This document shows positions 26,597 through 39,263 of a DNA stretch of 64,000 nucleotides, piece after piece (within the stretch, counting starts at the first letter, position 1; each line of letters begins with the position of its first letter). The stretch is from assembly GCF_006345805.1 (NCBI RefSeq), contig NW_021835562.1, positions 1-64,000 on the forward strand, read 5' to 3'. Made by a program: the position numbers and the translations under genes. Under the pieces are notes generated by a model. It did not search any database. It was not told the origin of the DNA and saw only the letters and a program-made list of their open reading frames with translations. The DNA is from Octopus sinensis. Taxonomy: Eukaryota.

Positions 26597-26965
26597 AAGT
26601 AGCTTGCTAACCAAACACATGGTTCCAGGTTCAGTCCCACTGCATGGCATCTTGGGCAAGTGTCTTCTGCTATAGCCCCGGGCCGACCAATGCCTTGCGA
26701 ATGGATTTGGTAGGCGGAAACTGAAAGAAGCCTGTCGTATATATGTATATATATATATATGTGTGTGTATGTGTGTGTGTTTGTCTCCCTAGCATTGCTT
26801 GACAACCGATGCTGGTGTGTTTACGTCCCCGTCACTTAGCGGTTCGGCCAAAGAGACCGATAGAATAAGTACTAGGCTTACAAAGAATAAGTCCCGGGGT
26901 CGATTTGCTCGACTAAAGGCGGTGCTCCAGCATGGCCGCAGTCAAATGACTAAAACAAGTAAAAA
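26597..26965 (+). mobile_element. SINE-A body (continuation of 21151-21183)
   Basis: B-box-like GGTTCAGTCCC, cttgggcaagtgtcttc, internal (TA)/(TG), 3' module ...gcatggccgcagtcaaatgac. Confidence 0.92.
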
Positions 26966-27062
26966 ACAAATTTTTTTAATAAAAATATATGTATGTATAT
27001 ATATATATATATATAGACACACAGACACAAACAAACATATAAATATATATGTATATACATAC

Positions 27063-27185
27063 ACACGATGGGCTTCTTTCAGCTTCCGTCTACCAGATCC
27101 AGCTCACAAGGCTTTGGTCGGCTCGAGACTATAAAAGAAGACACTTGCCCAAGGTGCTACGCAGTGGGACTGAACAATACTGGGA
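27063..27185 (-). mobile_element. SINE-A head fragment
   Basis: Family sequence in reverse orientation. Confidence 0.8.
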
Positions 27186-27392
27186 GTAAGAGAAGTGGAA
27201 CGAAACGACGAATCGAATCGACCCCGACCCCGACGCGAACTTGCTGTCAGACAATAATGTAATAAATAAAATATATGCATACATACAAACATATATGTAC
27301 GTACCTACATCTGCATGTATATATACATGCATATATAATATATATACGTGAGTACAGGACAGCGCAACTAGACGTAGAACTCTACGAAAAAC

Positions 27393-27446
<54 letters not shown>

Positions 27447-27648
27447 TATATAATATAATATATATATATATCACCGTGACCGACCAGGCGATCAGAAGTT
27501 GCTACTGATATCCTGTACCCATATATGCATGTATATATACATATACATGTAGGTATGCACATATATATGTATGTATGTATGCATATGCTTTATTTATTAA
27601 ATTGTTATTATATGATCGAACGCCAGGCGTCCTCTTCCAAGTAAGTTT

Positions 27649-27682
<34 letters not shown>

Positions 27683-27714
27683 CATCTCATGTTTGATCTT
27701 TGACCTCTGGCCGA

Positions 27715-27940
27715 AATCAGATCGCCATGTTGATTCGTTAGCTACTGCACGCATTTTTTTTCTCTCCTTCTTTCTGTGTTTTTCTCTCTCTGTGTATCTT
27801 TCTGTTGAAGAGCGTAGGCTCGAAACGTTAAAGACTTGTTTTATTTATATTTCCTGAGCGCCATACTAATACAATTGTTCGTTTGTTTTCCACCTGCCTT
27901 CGTCTTTTGTTTATTTTCATAAAGCTTCCCGTTATATATA
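27715..27940 (+). mobile_element. PLE terminal repeat, family H2, with hammerhead-like motif at 27797-27834
   Basis: UCUUU-CUGUUGA-A-GAGC(GUAG)GCUC-GAAAC-GUU-AAAGA; ends in (TA)n. Confidence 0.6.
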
Positions 27941-28386
27941 TAAGTATATGCAAGATACATATGTGTATTTACACACACAACACACATATATGCATACACA
28001 CACACACACACACACGCACACTACGAATTTTATAACTTTGTGTACTTGATCTTACTACACTTATTCCGACTAGAGGACTCAATATAGCTTTCGGTCTAAA
28101 ATGATATTATTTTTTTATGAATGGGGATCGTTTGCACCGGGTTTTCACAGTTAGTGGCATTTCAAAAGCCTGCATCTGCAAATCTTCTAAGTAAACAGCC
28201 ACCACTGGCAATAAACAACATCACAATATACATACATATACACACTATATACATACAATACACATACATATACACACACACATGTATATATGTGTGTGTA
28301 TGTATATATATAATACATATATATATATGTATGTATGAATCTATGTATGTATACATGTATATATATATATATATACATATACAACA

Positions 28387-28422
<36 letters not shown>

Positions 28423-28583
28423 GTGTATGAATGTATGTATGTATACATGTATATATATATATATATATATACACACGCACATACACACACACACACATAT
28501 ATATATATATATGAATGTATGTATGTATACATGTATATATATATATACATATACACACACATACACACACACACACACACACA

Positions 28584-28630
<47 letters not shown>

Positions 28631-29939
28631 CAGACTTGTAAACCCATATGCGTATGTGTGGATATGTGTGGGATTGCGAGGGGCTTACCGACGTGTCGTG
28701 TCTTTCCCCTGTCTGTCTGTCTCTCTCTCTCTCCCTCTCTCTCTCTCTCATTCTCTCTCTCACTTTTTCTTCTCTTTCTCTCTTCTCCTCTTTCTCTCAG
28801 TAGCGATAGTCGAAAGATCTGCTCTATTCTTGGACTCCAGACTCTCCTACGTGTTACAGTGCTTCAGAGAAAACTGCTGACTTCTCTTCGTGTTTGTGTG
28901 TTTCTTCAATAAAGTACTTTCAAGACACGTTCTGTCTACAGAGCAAGACTGAATTTTTCACTTTTCTTTTATTTTATTTTTCTTACTTTTCCTCTTTCTC
29001 TGTGTTTTGGGGTTTTTTTTCTTTTTTTTTTTTTGCATCTGCAGCAATTTACATCTTTTTTTTGGTTCTTTTTTAAATTTTTGTTTTCTCCTTTACTGCC
29101 ACTATCAAACCATTATGCAACTCCAAGAGTTACATAATGTTTGGTAATGGTGCTACACTATTACAACATGCTTTCGCTTTGACTCTTATTGAATAACTTC
29201 TGAGAAAGACACAGACACGCAGACACACAGAAACAGACACACACACGCACACACACGCACACACAAAGTGTGAAAAAGAATGAGAGAAAGAGACGGGGAA
29301 AGAACGATCTTAGATGTGTTCTTTCCAAAAATACTATGTCGATTAGAGCTCTGGGTTGATCTGTGGACTACGTTCGGCTTTCTTCTATGCGATATTTCAT
29401 CTGTTGTTGTTACAGCTGTTTCGGTTGTTGTTTTTGTTGCTGCTGTTGCTGTTGTTATTGATGCTGCTGCAGTTGTTGTTGTTGTTGTTGTTGTTCCTGC
29501 GGTTGTCGCTGCAATTGTTATTCATGTGGTTTTTTTATTGTTGCAGAAGCTGTTACTGCTACTGCCGTTGTTGTTATTGTTGTTGTTGTTGTTGTTTGTG
29601 GTGAAGTGGGGGGGAAGTGCAGTTCTTGTTCTTGTTCAACCCTAGGTCAACCTTTTCCGAGCAAACCTTGTGACTATTGATGTTCCATCAGCGATTCTCC
29701 CTCCTCTTTTCCATTCCCTTTTCATTCTCAAAGCACTGCATCTAATACCTTAGTATCTAACGTGCCCTTCCCTTTTTTTTAAGACGAAAGGGTATGATAC
29801 GAAAGACATCGATGGTATTTCTAGCAGATACACTTCTCACTCTCTACAACCTCCCTCGACACCTTAATCAGGTTGACTACGTGATATGCCGTTTGTGTAA
29901 TACCCACACACACACACAAACACACATAAACACATATAC

Positions 29940-30156
29940 ACACTCATATATATATATATATAATATACTTGTAGATAGATATATATATATACTTGTAGAT
30001 AGATAGATAAATAGATAGATTGACAGACAGACAGACAGACAGATAGATAAAGAGATAGGCAGGTAGGTAGGTAGGTAGGTAGGTAGGTAGGTAGGTAGGT
30101 AGGTAGGTAGGTAGATAGATAGATAGACAGACAGACACACAGACACACAGACACAC

Positions 30157-30199
<43 letters not shown>

Positions 30200-30366
30200 T
30201 AGGTAGGCAGGTAGGTAGGTAGGTAGGTAGGTAGGTATATATATATAGACAGTCAGACAGAGGGGCGGATGGATGGCTGGATGAATTGATAGGTAGGTAG
30301 GTAGGTAGGTAGGTAGGTAGGTAGGTAGGTAGGTAGGCAGATAGAGAGAGAGAGAGATAGTTATAA

Positions 30367-30412
<46 letters not shown>

Positions 30413-30420
30413 CGAGAGAG
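29940..30420. repeat. Compound (TA)/(GATA)/(GACA)/(GGTA)/(GA) microsatellite
   Basis: Direct inspection. Confidence 0.93.
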
Positions 30421-30807
30421 AGAGAGAAAGAGAGAGAGAAAGGAAGTCTTACGCTTCTTCATTTTGCATATTACCATCATACGACGAATTCGACAGAATC
30501 CGATGACTGCACCAAGCTCAAAGGCTGCTTTGGCATGAATTTTACAGCTTGATGCTCTTCCTGACGCCGAAACTTTACGGACTGTACGACGTGTCTTTTT
30601 CATGACACCAGCAGCACTTCTGGTCGTTGCCATGTAAGTCGCGAGACGAAAGATTCTCTTTGACTGGCAACGGGTATAGAAAGAGGCAGCATTATGCTAG
30701 ATGTTGAGGGGTTAAGGTATGAAAACAAAAAGGCAAGAACAGATTGCTTGCTGTAGAGGAGATACTTGGCTATCTTACATTTTTTAAGTGGCAAAAATGA
30801 GTAACGC

Positions 30808-30905
30808 TGCGATGGACTGGTGTCCCGTCCAGCTGGGGAACATATACGCCACTGAAACTGGGAATCCGGGCCCATGAGACTGGCTAGGCTTGAAAGGGCG
30901 CATTT
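30808..30905 (+). mobile_element. SINE-C V-like tail fragment
   Basis: gctgcgatggactggtgtcccgtccagctggggaacatatacgcc...gggcccatgag, as in the 51614 copy. Confidence 0.75.
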
Positions 30906-30913
30906 ATTATATA

Positions 30914-30987
<74 letters not shown>

Positions 30988-31019
30988 GTATATATGTGTG
31001 TGTGTGTATTACGTTTATA

Positions 31020-31330
31020 TAAATTTGTTTTGCAAGATTCTTGATGTAAAAATCGTGTGTTGAAACAGATTTTGTATTTAGGAATGGTCATTTTGCCAGT
31101 TTAGCCAATAAAAACACACGCACTATATATTTGGTGTTACTTTGCTTCAGCGTTATTTATTTTTTACATTAATCATAATCTTAATCTTATTTCAGCCAGA
31201 GTTCTTTCGTCACACTTCTGTGACCTCGTCAGTGGTCCTTTGTTTTCTTCTTTCTCATTTGTGTGTCTCTCCTTACTAACGGTCACCCATTTGTATTTGT
31301 ATATGTTGATATTGATATTGATATTTCACT
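31020..31330 (-). mobile_element. PLE-type terminal repeat, family H1
   Basis: Near-identical to 46841-47320; next to (TA)n/(TG)n. Confidence 0.7.
31193..31238 (-). ncRNA. Type I hammerhead ribozyme motif (H1 copy 1)
   Basis: GGACCA-CUGACGA-G-GUCACA(GAAG)UGUGAC-GAAA-GAA-CUC-UGGCUG: complete core, 6-bp helix II, minimal helix III, CUC site. Confidence 0.75.
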
Positions 31331-31659
31331 TAGGCCTAACGATACTAATAACCTGACATTAGACACGCTTCAGATCGCAGCGTCCATCGAGTAGAGAGCG
31401 GAAACTAGAGTGACCAAGGAAGAAATAATTATGTTATGGCCTACATTGGCTTGCAGCTGTCTCTGCTATAAGACACAATGCACTCATAGTTGAATGCTTG
31501 TTATATACATATATATATATATATATATATACATACATACATACATACATACATACATACATACATACATACATACCTACATGCCTGCATACATACATAC
31601 ATACTACATACATACATTATCTATACTTATATATGTATATATATATATATATATACATA

Positions 31660-31770
31660 TACAAAATTTGAGGAATGACCATTGAAGTGGACACGCTATA
31701 TGCTAAACATAGATGTCAATGTTTAGCATATAGAGTGTCCACTTCAATAGTCATTCCTCTAATTTTTGTA
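31660..31770. repeat. Near-perfect palindrome (about 51-bp arms, 8-nt spacer)
   Basis: GAGGAATGACCATTGAAGTGGACACGCTATATGCTAAACAT versus ATGTTTAGCATATAGAGTGTCCACTTCAATAGTCATTCCTC. Confidence 0.92.
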
Positions 31771-31971
31771 TGTAACGCAATTTTCAATCTTCGGATTTTT
31801 TAAATACGCTAAGCTACTGGTTTTAATTGATTAATCAATTTCTACCCTTATTATTTAAGTATATATATATATATTGTGTGTGTGTGTGTGTGTGTATACA
31901 ATTATACATCATATACATACATGTATATATGTATGTATGTATATATATATATATGTACATATATATATTTA

Positions 31972-32013
<42 letters not shown>

Positions 32014-32021
32014 CACATTTC

Positions 32022-32076
<55 letters not shown>

Positions 32077-32460
32077 ACCAATAAGTAATAATACAGTCTG
32101 TTATAAGAAATGTTTCCTTTTAATAGTTATTATCAAAATATCATTGCAAGTAGAAGCGAAAAGAATATATAGCAGCCAAGGGAGATAACTGCAATTAGAT
32201 TATATGACGTAATTCAAATCAAATGCAAAATACAGTTAGGAGCAGGTTTTGTCTAGCTCTAGTGAACTAGTAAAACTAACATATATTTCCATCTTGTTAG
32301 ATCTCGTCAGTGGGACGTATGTTTATAACGAAAGACAAGATTGAGAAGTGATCGCATATGCATAGAAATAGCTGCATTAAAACCTTTCATAGTATTTGAT
32401 ATATCAAATTGTATTACATCAGGCTATATTTTGTAATCATTTCCATACGGTTCTTCATTT

Positions 32461-32529
32461 ATGCTTGTCTGGTTAAATATGGACGATTGGAGTGATTCTA
32501 ACCAAGTAATAAACCTCGTCGAAGTAATG
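32461..32529 (+). CDS. Possible upstream or first coding exon (MLVWLNMDDWSDSNQVINLVEVM), phase-0 donor
   Basis: Strong donor ATG|GTAAGA; phase matches exon 37975. No homology evidence. Confidence 0.3.
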
Positions 32530-32919
32530 GTAAGATGGCATGCTGTCATCGTCTGAGTGGTGTCAGTGAATGTGGAGGAGAGATGTGTGTTGTGTTGTGA
32601 TGTTGGGAGTATTAGTAACTGAATTAGTAACTGATGAAGGAACTTTTGAAGCAATGGAATTTCTCTATTTCGGCTTAACGATGTTGTCAGTTCGCTAAAG
32701 TCACTGCGACCTTCCACTTCAGGAAGCTTAAGTGTACGTTTCTGCATAGGCATGTGTGTGCGTGTGTGTGTGTGTCCATGTAAGATAGTATGATGGCGGC
32801 GACGGCGGCGGCGGCGACGGTGGTAGAAACGTGACGAAGTTGGATTGGACGAAAGATCGCTGGGATGAAGTGATATAAAAGCAAGTGTTGCTATATACAT
32901 ACATACATACATACATACA

Positions 32920-32950
<31 letters not shown>

Positions 32951-33052
32951 GTATGTAATATAATTTCTCTGAATCTTCAGATTTTTCTATATGCTAAACC
33001 ACTGGTTTTAAATTGATATTGATCAAATTAATATTCAATTGTTCACCCTTAT

Positions 33053-33085
<33 letters not shown>

Positions 33086-33094
33086 ATAGTCGCA

Positions 33095-33275
33095 ACGATA
33101 GATCGTTAGCCATTACACACATTTTTTTCTCTCCTTGTCTTTTTTGTGTCCCTTTCTGTAGAAGAGCGTAGGTTCGAAACGTAAAATACTTTTTCTATTC
33201 CTGGGCGTTATACTAATACATCTGTTTGTTTTGTACACCACCTGTCTTCGTCTTTTGTTTTTTTTCGTAAACTCT

Positions 33276-33290
<15 letters not shown>
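33095..33290 (+). mobile_element. PLE terminal repeat, family H2
   Basis: CUUU-CUGUAGA-A-GAGC(GUAG)GUUC-GAAAC-GUA-AAA at about 33152-33186; ends in (TA)n. Confidence 0.6.
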
Positions 33291-33315
<25 letters not shown>

Positions 33316-33689
33316 TCAGCGTGTATGTTTCGTATTACGTGTTCTTCAATACCGCAAACTATCTCTTCTCTCGGCATAGCGAACGGAACTCCCATCTTCA
33401 AAGGATTGCTGTTAAATTAGGCGAATGAACTCACAAACCTTAACCTACAATAACACTCAGACACCATATCAATCTATGTCGTCTTCATAGCTTTTGAGTG
33501 GCCAGAATATTTTGAAGTATCTTTGTTTTTCTTAGTCTCTAAACCAGTGCTTCTCAACCCTGTTATTTTATCTATGGACCCCTTTGATTTCCATTTTACT
33601 TGGATGGACTCCCATATACATTCATTGTTCGAAGGATGCTATTATTATATTTTCATAACTAAATATTATTAAGAATTCATATTTTCTAT

Positions 33690-34052
33690 CTTTTACTTGT
33701 TTCTGTAACTTGACTGCGACCATGCTGGGGCACCGCCTTGAATTTTTAGTCGAATGAATTAACCCCAGTTTTTCCTCTTTTTTTAAGAAGTGGTACTTAT
33801 TCTATCGTCTCTTTTTCCGAACCGCTAATTTACGTGGGCCAAACACACCAACACCGGTTGTCGAGCGGTGGTGGGGAGAGAAGCACAAACACAAAGACAC
33901 ACACACACACATATATGCGATGGGCTTCTTTCTGTTTCTGTCAACCAGATCCACTCACAAGGCTTTGGTCTGCCTGAGACTACAGTAGAAGACACTTGCC
34001 CTAGCTGTTACACAGTGGGACTGAACCCAGAACCATATGGTTGAGAACCAAG
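33690..34052 (-). mobile_element. SINE-A
   Basis: Both modules in reverse orientation. Confidence 0.85.
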
Positions 34053-34053
34053 C

Positions 34054-34863
34054 TTCCTGGACTTATTAATAACACCCACCAAGCATGGATTCAGGACATC
34101 CGTATACCGCAAGCCGACCTTCACTGGACGATACCTCAACTTCAATTCCCACCATCTACACTGTGTAAAGAGAGAGATTGCTCAGTGCCTAAAAGATCGT
34201 GCAAAGAAAATAAGTAGCGGTAGTGGTATACACCACGAAGAAATGATCAAGCTCTATAACAATCTGTTAAGCACCAACTACCCCAAAAATATACTAGGAT
34301 CTTTTCGGTTTGAACGGCAGTTTTTAAAATAATTTCCACGTAACTAAACACTTTTAAACGTCGTATACTGGTAAAATGTGTTTATAAAACATCTTTTTCT
34401 CTTGGTTTTATTGAGAAAATTCTATAGTTCGTAAGATATTTGTTGTTTTCTTTCTTCAATTTCTGCAATTTCAATCAATCAATGACGTCTATTGAGGTAA
34501 AAAAAAAAACATTCTGTGCCGTATGAATATGTCCCTCGTTTAAGAAACAGATTGGATTTATTTACATTTGTGAAGAAAAAATGATACCCTTCCCCCACCC
34601 CTAACCCTAACCCTAACTAACCTTAACCCTAAAAGAGATTGAAATGCAATAGATCGATTCTAGGGTCATAATTATGGGTGACAATTTCATATGACACTGC
34701 TAGAAAAAAACTGCCGTTCCAACCGAAAAGATCCATATACTATCCCCTCCAATTATGAAGAAGAGAGAGGATGAAACCAATAAACTATCCACAGTCTGTC
34801 TACCCTATGTGAAAGGGCTCTCCGAAAAGATGCAAAAGATACTCGGCCCATATGACATCAGGA
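34054..34863 (+). mobile_element. Penelope RT C-terminal (thumb) fragment, interrupted by a MITE
   Basis: FLDLLITP...TSVYRKPTFTGRYLNFNSHH..VKREIAQCLKDRAKKI...NYPKNIL[MITE]...LPYVKGLSEKMQKIL. Confidence 0.88.
34297..34734 (-). mobile_element. MITE, GGATC family, copy 4 (reverse orientation)
   Basis: TIRs; TSD ATATACTA (34289-34296, 34735-34742); CCCTAA tract. Confidence 0.95.
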
Positions 34864-35110
34864 CATAATGATAAAGGTGACATTGACTCTGAAGAATCTC
34901 ATTCACATTTGATAGACATTTACGTTTACTTACATACACAGCTCCTCACAAGGCAAGCGGTTTGGTTTAGTTGCCGACTGTCTCGACCATGAGCTACTGG
35001 GATACATAGTTACCAATAGCAGATTTCAATCAGCCAGTATTAGAAATGGTGATGACAGGACAAAAATACCTTTAATCTATGAGGAAAATAAACAACCAAT
35101 ATTTCACTAT

Positions 35111-35589
35111 CTGTTTCTTTACTACCCACAAGGTGTTAAACACAGAGGGGACAAATAAGGACAGACAAAGGGATTAAGTCGGTTATATCGACTCCAGTGC
35201 GTAACTGGTACTTAATTTATCGACCCCGAAAGGATGAATGATAAAGTCGACCTTGGCGGAATTTGAACTCAGAACGTAGCGGCTGACGAAATAACACAAA
35301 GCATTTCGCCCGGCGTGCTAACGTTTCTGCCAGCTGGCCGCCTTCGGCAGACGAAATATCTTTTTCTTTACTACCCACAAGGTGTTAAACACAGAGGGGA
35401 CAAACAAGGACAGACAAAGGGATTAAGGCGATTACATCGACTCCAGTGAGTAACTTGTACTTAATTTATCAACCCCGAAAGGATGAAAGACAAAGTCGAC
35501 CTCGGCGGAATTTGAACTCAGAACGTAATGGCAGACGAAATACGGCTACGCATTTCGCCCGGCGTGCTAACGTTTCTGCCAGATCGCCT
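35111..35589 (-). mobile_element. Two tandem SINE-B copies
   Basis: About 35111-35343 and 35362-35589. Confidence 0.9.
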
Positions 35590-35828
35590 GGTCTGGTGTC
35601 TCTGTTACGGGCAGAAACCTCCCAACGAATCTCTTTTTCTTGCTACATACAAGCAAACATTTTGCAAAGAATGAAACACTGGTGAAGCAGCTTTCTTTAA
35701 ACATTAGCTGTCGAGCACTTGACGAGGACAGTGTCTGGCTACTAAGAATTTACATCACAACGGGAAAGCCAACGTTGCTGTTATCCTTCTAGAAATCAGG
35801 TTTGTTTTCATCATTATTGTTCCCTTTA

Positions 35829-36020
35829 GGGCGGCGAGCTGGCAGAATCGTTAGCACGTCGGGAAAAATGCTTTGTGGGTATTTCGTCCGTCTTCACGTT
35901 CTGAGTTCATATTCCGCCGAAGTCGACTTTGCCTTTCATTCTTTATGGGTTTATTAAATAAGTATCAGTTACGCACTGGGGTCGATGTAATCTACTTAAT
36001 CCCCCTCCCCCAATTTGAGA
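35829..36020 (+). mobile_element. SINE-B
   Basis: GGGCGGCGAGCTGGCAGAATCGTTAGCAC head. Confidence 0.9.
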
Positions 36021-36504
36021 CATTTGCTTCCAGTAGATTATTATTGTTGCCTTTCATCTTTTTTTTTGGGGGGGGGGGCAATAAAATAAGTACTAGGGAT
36101 CTTCTCTGTCTGGTTGCCACTTTTCAATTTCTTCAATTTTTGCTCCAATTAATTTCATATTTGGTGTATTGATGTGGTTTTGTATGCTAATTATTGACAT
36201 GCAATTCATTTTCGTCATAAATTAATGGTTAAAGAGTTGATAGATTTTAAAGTTTGCAAATTTGGGGTAATATTAGCCAATCGAAAGCCATAGAGGTGCT
36301 TGTTTCCAAAGTAACAAACCAAGGTATAGCCAAGCTACTTACCACTCATTTCTGCTTATTAAATGCTTAAAACACATGAGCTGTGAGGCAGTCGTGAGAT
36401 GTGTTAAAAATAATAGCTAAATAGGCCTTAAATCACGCACCAAATATTTTCTTCATTGTTTTTTTTTTACATAATCGTATGTATTCCCGTGTGTACACTT
36501 ATAT

Positions 36505-36626
36505 ACGCAACTCCTCACAAGGCAAGCTCAGCAGCGGTTTGGTTTAGTTGCCGACTACCTCCGCCCCAATGACCAACTGTCTCATCCTCCTGCCTCACTC
36601 TCCCTCTGTCTGTCTCCTTCTCTTGC

Positions 36627-36661
<35 letters not shown>

Positions 36662-36720
36662 GCTATAATAACAAGCTATGTTCTTCGGAGCTCGCTCATC
36701 ATGTTAGGAGGGGTTATATA
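36505..36720 (+). repeat. Unclassified dispersed repeat (also about 39905-40060; short match at 34940-34985)
   Basis: cctccgcccc...ctccctctgtctg.ctccttctcttgct.cctctctc...ctataataacaagctatgttcttcgg.gctcgctc is shared. Confidence 0.7.
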
Positions 36721-37259
36721 TCGTGCGTAAAGCAGAACTCCAGCAGTAATTCATTTACAGTTGACAACACGTGTTGTCACGCGCAAAATGACAGCTTCCA
36801 AATCCTGTTTTCTGACTGGGCAAAAATTATCAAACTTTGAAACAATGTAACTTTTTTTATTGGATTTTTCTGGAAAAAGTGAATTAGCGCCCCGCGAATC
36901 AGCGTGAAAAATTACATCAATATACAAAATTTTAAAATTTCTACAGGTGCAAGCCAAGCAAAAAGAGATCTTGTACCAGCTGAGCTCTGTAGTTGATGTA
37001 ATCGACTTAATCCCTTCCTCTGATTGAGAAGACATATGATCCCGAAAGTCCCAAAAAAGACCATTCGTTTTTTTTTCTTTATGCATCTAAGAGTTTTTCA
37101 CATTTTTTTCATAACGTTTCAGTTTTTGAAAGAGGGAGATTTAGCTGCTATTTTTAATCTGTCAAGCATTCAAAGTAGGTTCTCTCAAAGTATGTTAGAC
37201 AACTGCATAAAACACTTGTCTCTCAGTAACCCATGTTTCCTCGAGCACCAGGAGAAACT

Positions 37260-37326
<67 letters not shown>

Positions 37327-37974
37327 GGACGGACGGACGGACGGACGGACGGACGGATGGATGGATGGATGGATAGATAGATAGACACACGCACAGACAT
37401 GTATATGTTTGTATGTGTGACTCTCTATGTACATATGAAAGTGTGCAATAAAGTTATATAACTCTCATTTTGTCTCTCTGGTTTTCTTGGATAGATTTAC
37501 GACTATTCCAAGACTCTCTACTTTAAGCTTCCTAATAAAACCATCATAAACTTCCTTTCTCAATCTCATTCTTCTTCCCCACCATTACACCATCGCCACC
37601 ACCACACGCTTTATGTACTTAAATGAGTGGAGAAGTCTATCAGCAATCAGTGCAAAAATCGCATGCACACACACACACATACATATCTACATACACACAC
37701 GTACACGCGCATATATACGTATACACACGTACACGAGCACACATGTACACACAGAAATACCCAGACATACTTGCATACACAACTTGCGCGCTACAGTATA
37801 ATCTAAAAGTAATTCATCCGATTGAGCATGAAGACAGTCACCAGCAAACAGTAGCAACCGGATTGGGAATTATCTTATACGAAATGAAATATATTAGGAA
37901 AGGAAAACAGGAGTGTTACGGATGGAATGCTTGTCGATGGATGAAATTCCGACGCAAAGGAAATTTTTTCCCAG

Positions 37975-38044
37975 CATCTACGCATGTGCTTGAGCGATAG
38001 AAGCTACATCTTAACAACTTCACAGTTCAAATATTCGTCCAAAG
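37975..38044 (+). CDS. Putative host-gene exon (HLRMCLSDRSYILTTSQFKYSSK), phase 0 to 1
   Basis: Acceptor attttttcccag, donor AAG|GTAAGA; only one of three frames is open. Confidence 0.6.
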
Positions 38045-38580
38045 GTAAGATTTTTATAAAGCGTTTCAAATCCTCACACCAAATCTAGCAAACAACATGA
38101 TTTCCAAATAATCCACATAATTTCACAACAAACAACAACGGTGAATCAAACACGAAGTCTCACTGGCACCATTTATTTTCAACGCCACAGCGCATCCTAT
38201 TCATTTAAAAATACAAGCTCCTCGCTCACAAGTACAAAAATGATACCCATTTCAATTCCATACGTTGAACTAAAATAAAATTAGTAAACACGACACAAAA
38301 ATATGTACAAAGTCAGCAACCCGGCATTAATGGTATTAAAAACACTTTTATGAGATTAAAAAATGTTATTATTGCACACGACGTACACATTGCAATAAGC
38401 CAAGAAACATTCTTAAAAACATGTTACAAAACATCCATTTCAAATTGTACACTGATTAGAGTCAACAAAGCACTTCTTCAGACAGAGGCGGTGGTTATAT
38501 TACTTGTGTAAAATTTTCTGTTCGGTATGCAGATATCGCAAATGCACGTATTAGTACTGTACAACAAGAAATAAAGATAA

Positions 38581-39000
38581 GGCGGCGAGCTGGCAGAAAC
38601 GTTAGCACGCCGGACGAAGTGCTTAGCGGTATTTCGTCTGCCGTTACGTTGTGAGTTCAAATTCCGCCGAGGTCGACTTTGCCTTTCATCCTTTCGGGGT
38701 CGATAAATTAAGTACCAGTTACGCACTGGAGTCGATGTAATCGACTTAATCCGTTTGTCTGTCCTTGTTTATCCTCTCTGTGTTTAGCCCCTTGTGGATA
38801 ATAAAGAAATAGGTATTTCATCTGTCGCTACGTTCTGAGTTCAAATTCCGCCGAGGTCGGCTTTGCCTTTTATCCTTTCGGGGTCGATTAAATAAGTACC
38901 GGTTACGCACTGGGTTCGATGTAATCGACTTAATCCGTTTGTCTGTCCTTGTTTGTCCCCTCTATGTTTAGCCCCTTGTGGACAATAAAGAAATAAGAAA
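38581..39000 (+). mobile_element. SINE-B dimer
   Basis: Full unit followed by a headless second unit. Confidence 0.9.
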
Positions 39001-39263
39001 TAAAGATTTTCAAAATATAACTCAGTAATATACAGAACCTTAGTATAACATATTCATGCTGTCCATTACTGACGTTCAAATCGAGTTACATACCACATGC
39101 TCAGCTCTTTATCACTCGCACAAACAACGACATTGAAAGACATATCAATGCCCCCAATATCAACTGGTTTTTAAATGGTTGAGGAAACAAGAAGACGAAA
39201 ACGATATAATTGCAGCTGTACACATTCTACATCTTAAATTACCCACGTTTATATACATATGCG

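Noticed and set aside
28690-28940. Possible solo LTR (TG start, AATAAA, CA end)
   Set aside because: No second copy and no TSD found.
32424-32948. 174-aa minus-strand ORF
   Set aside because: Starts in microsatellite, no recognisable motif, weak acceptor; plus-strand splice signals fit better. Not fully excluded.
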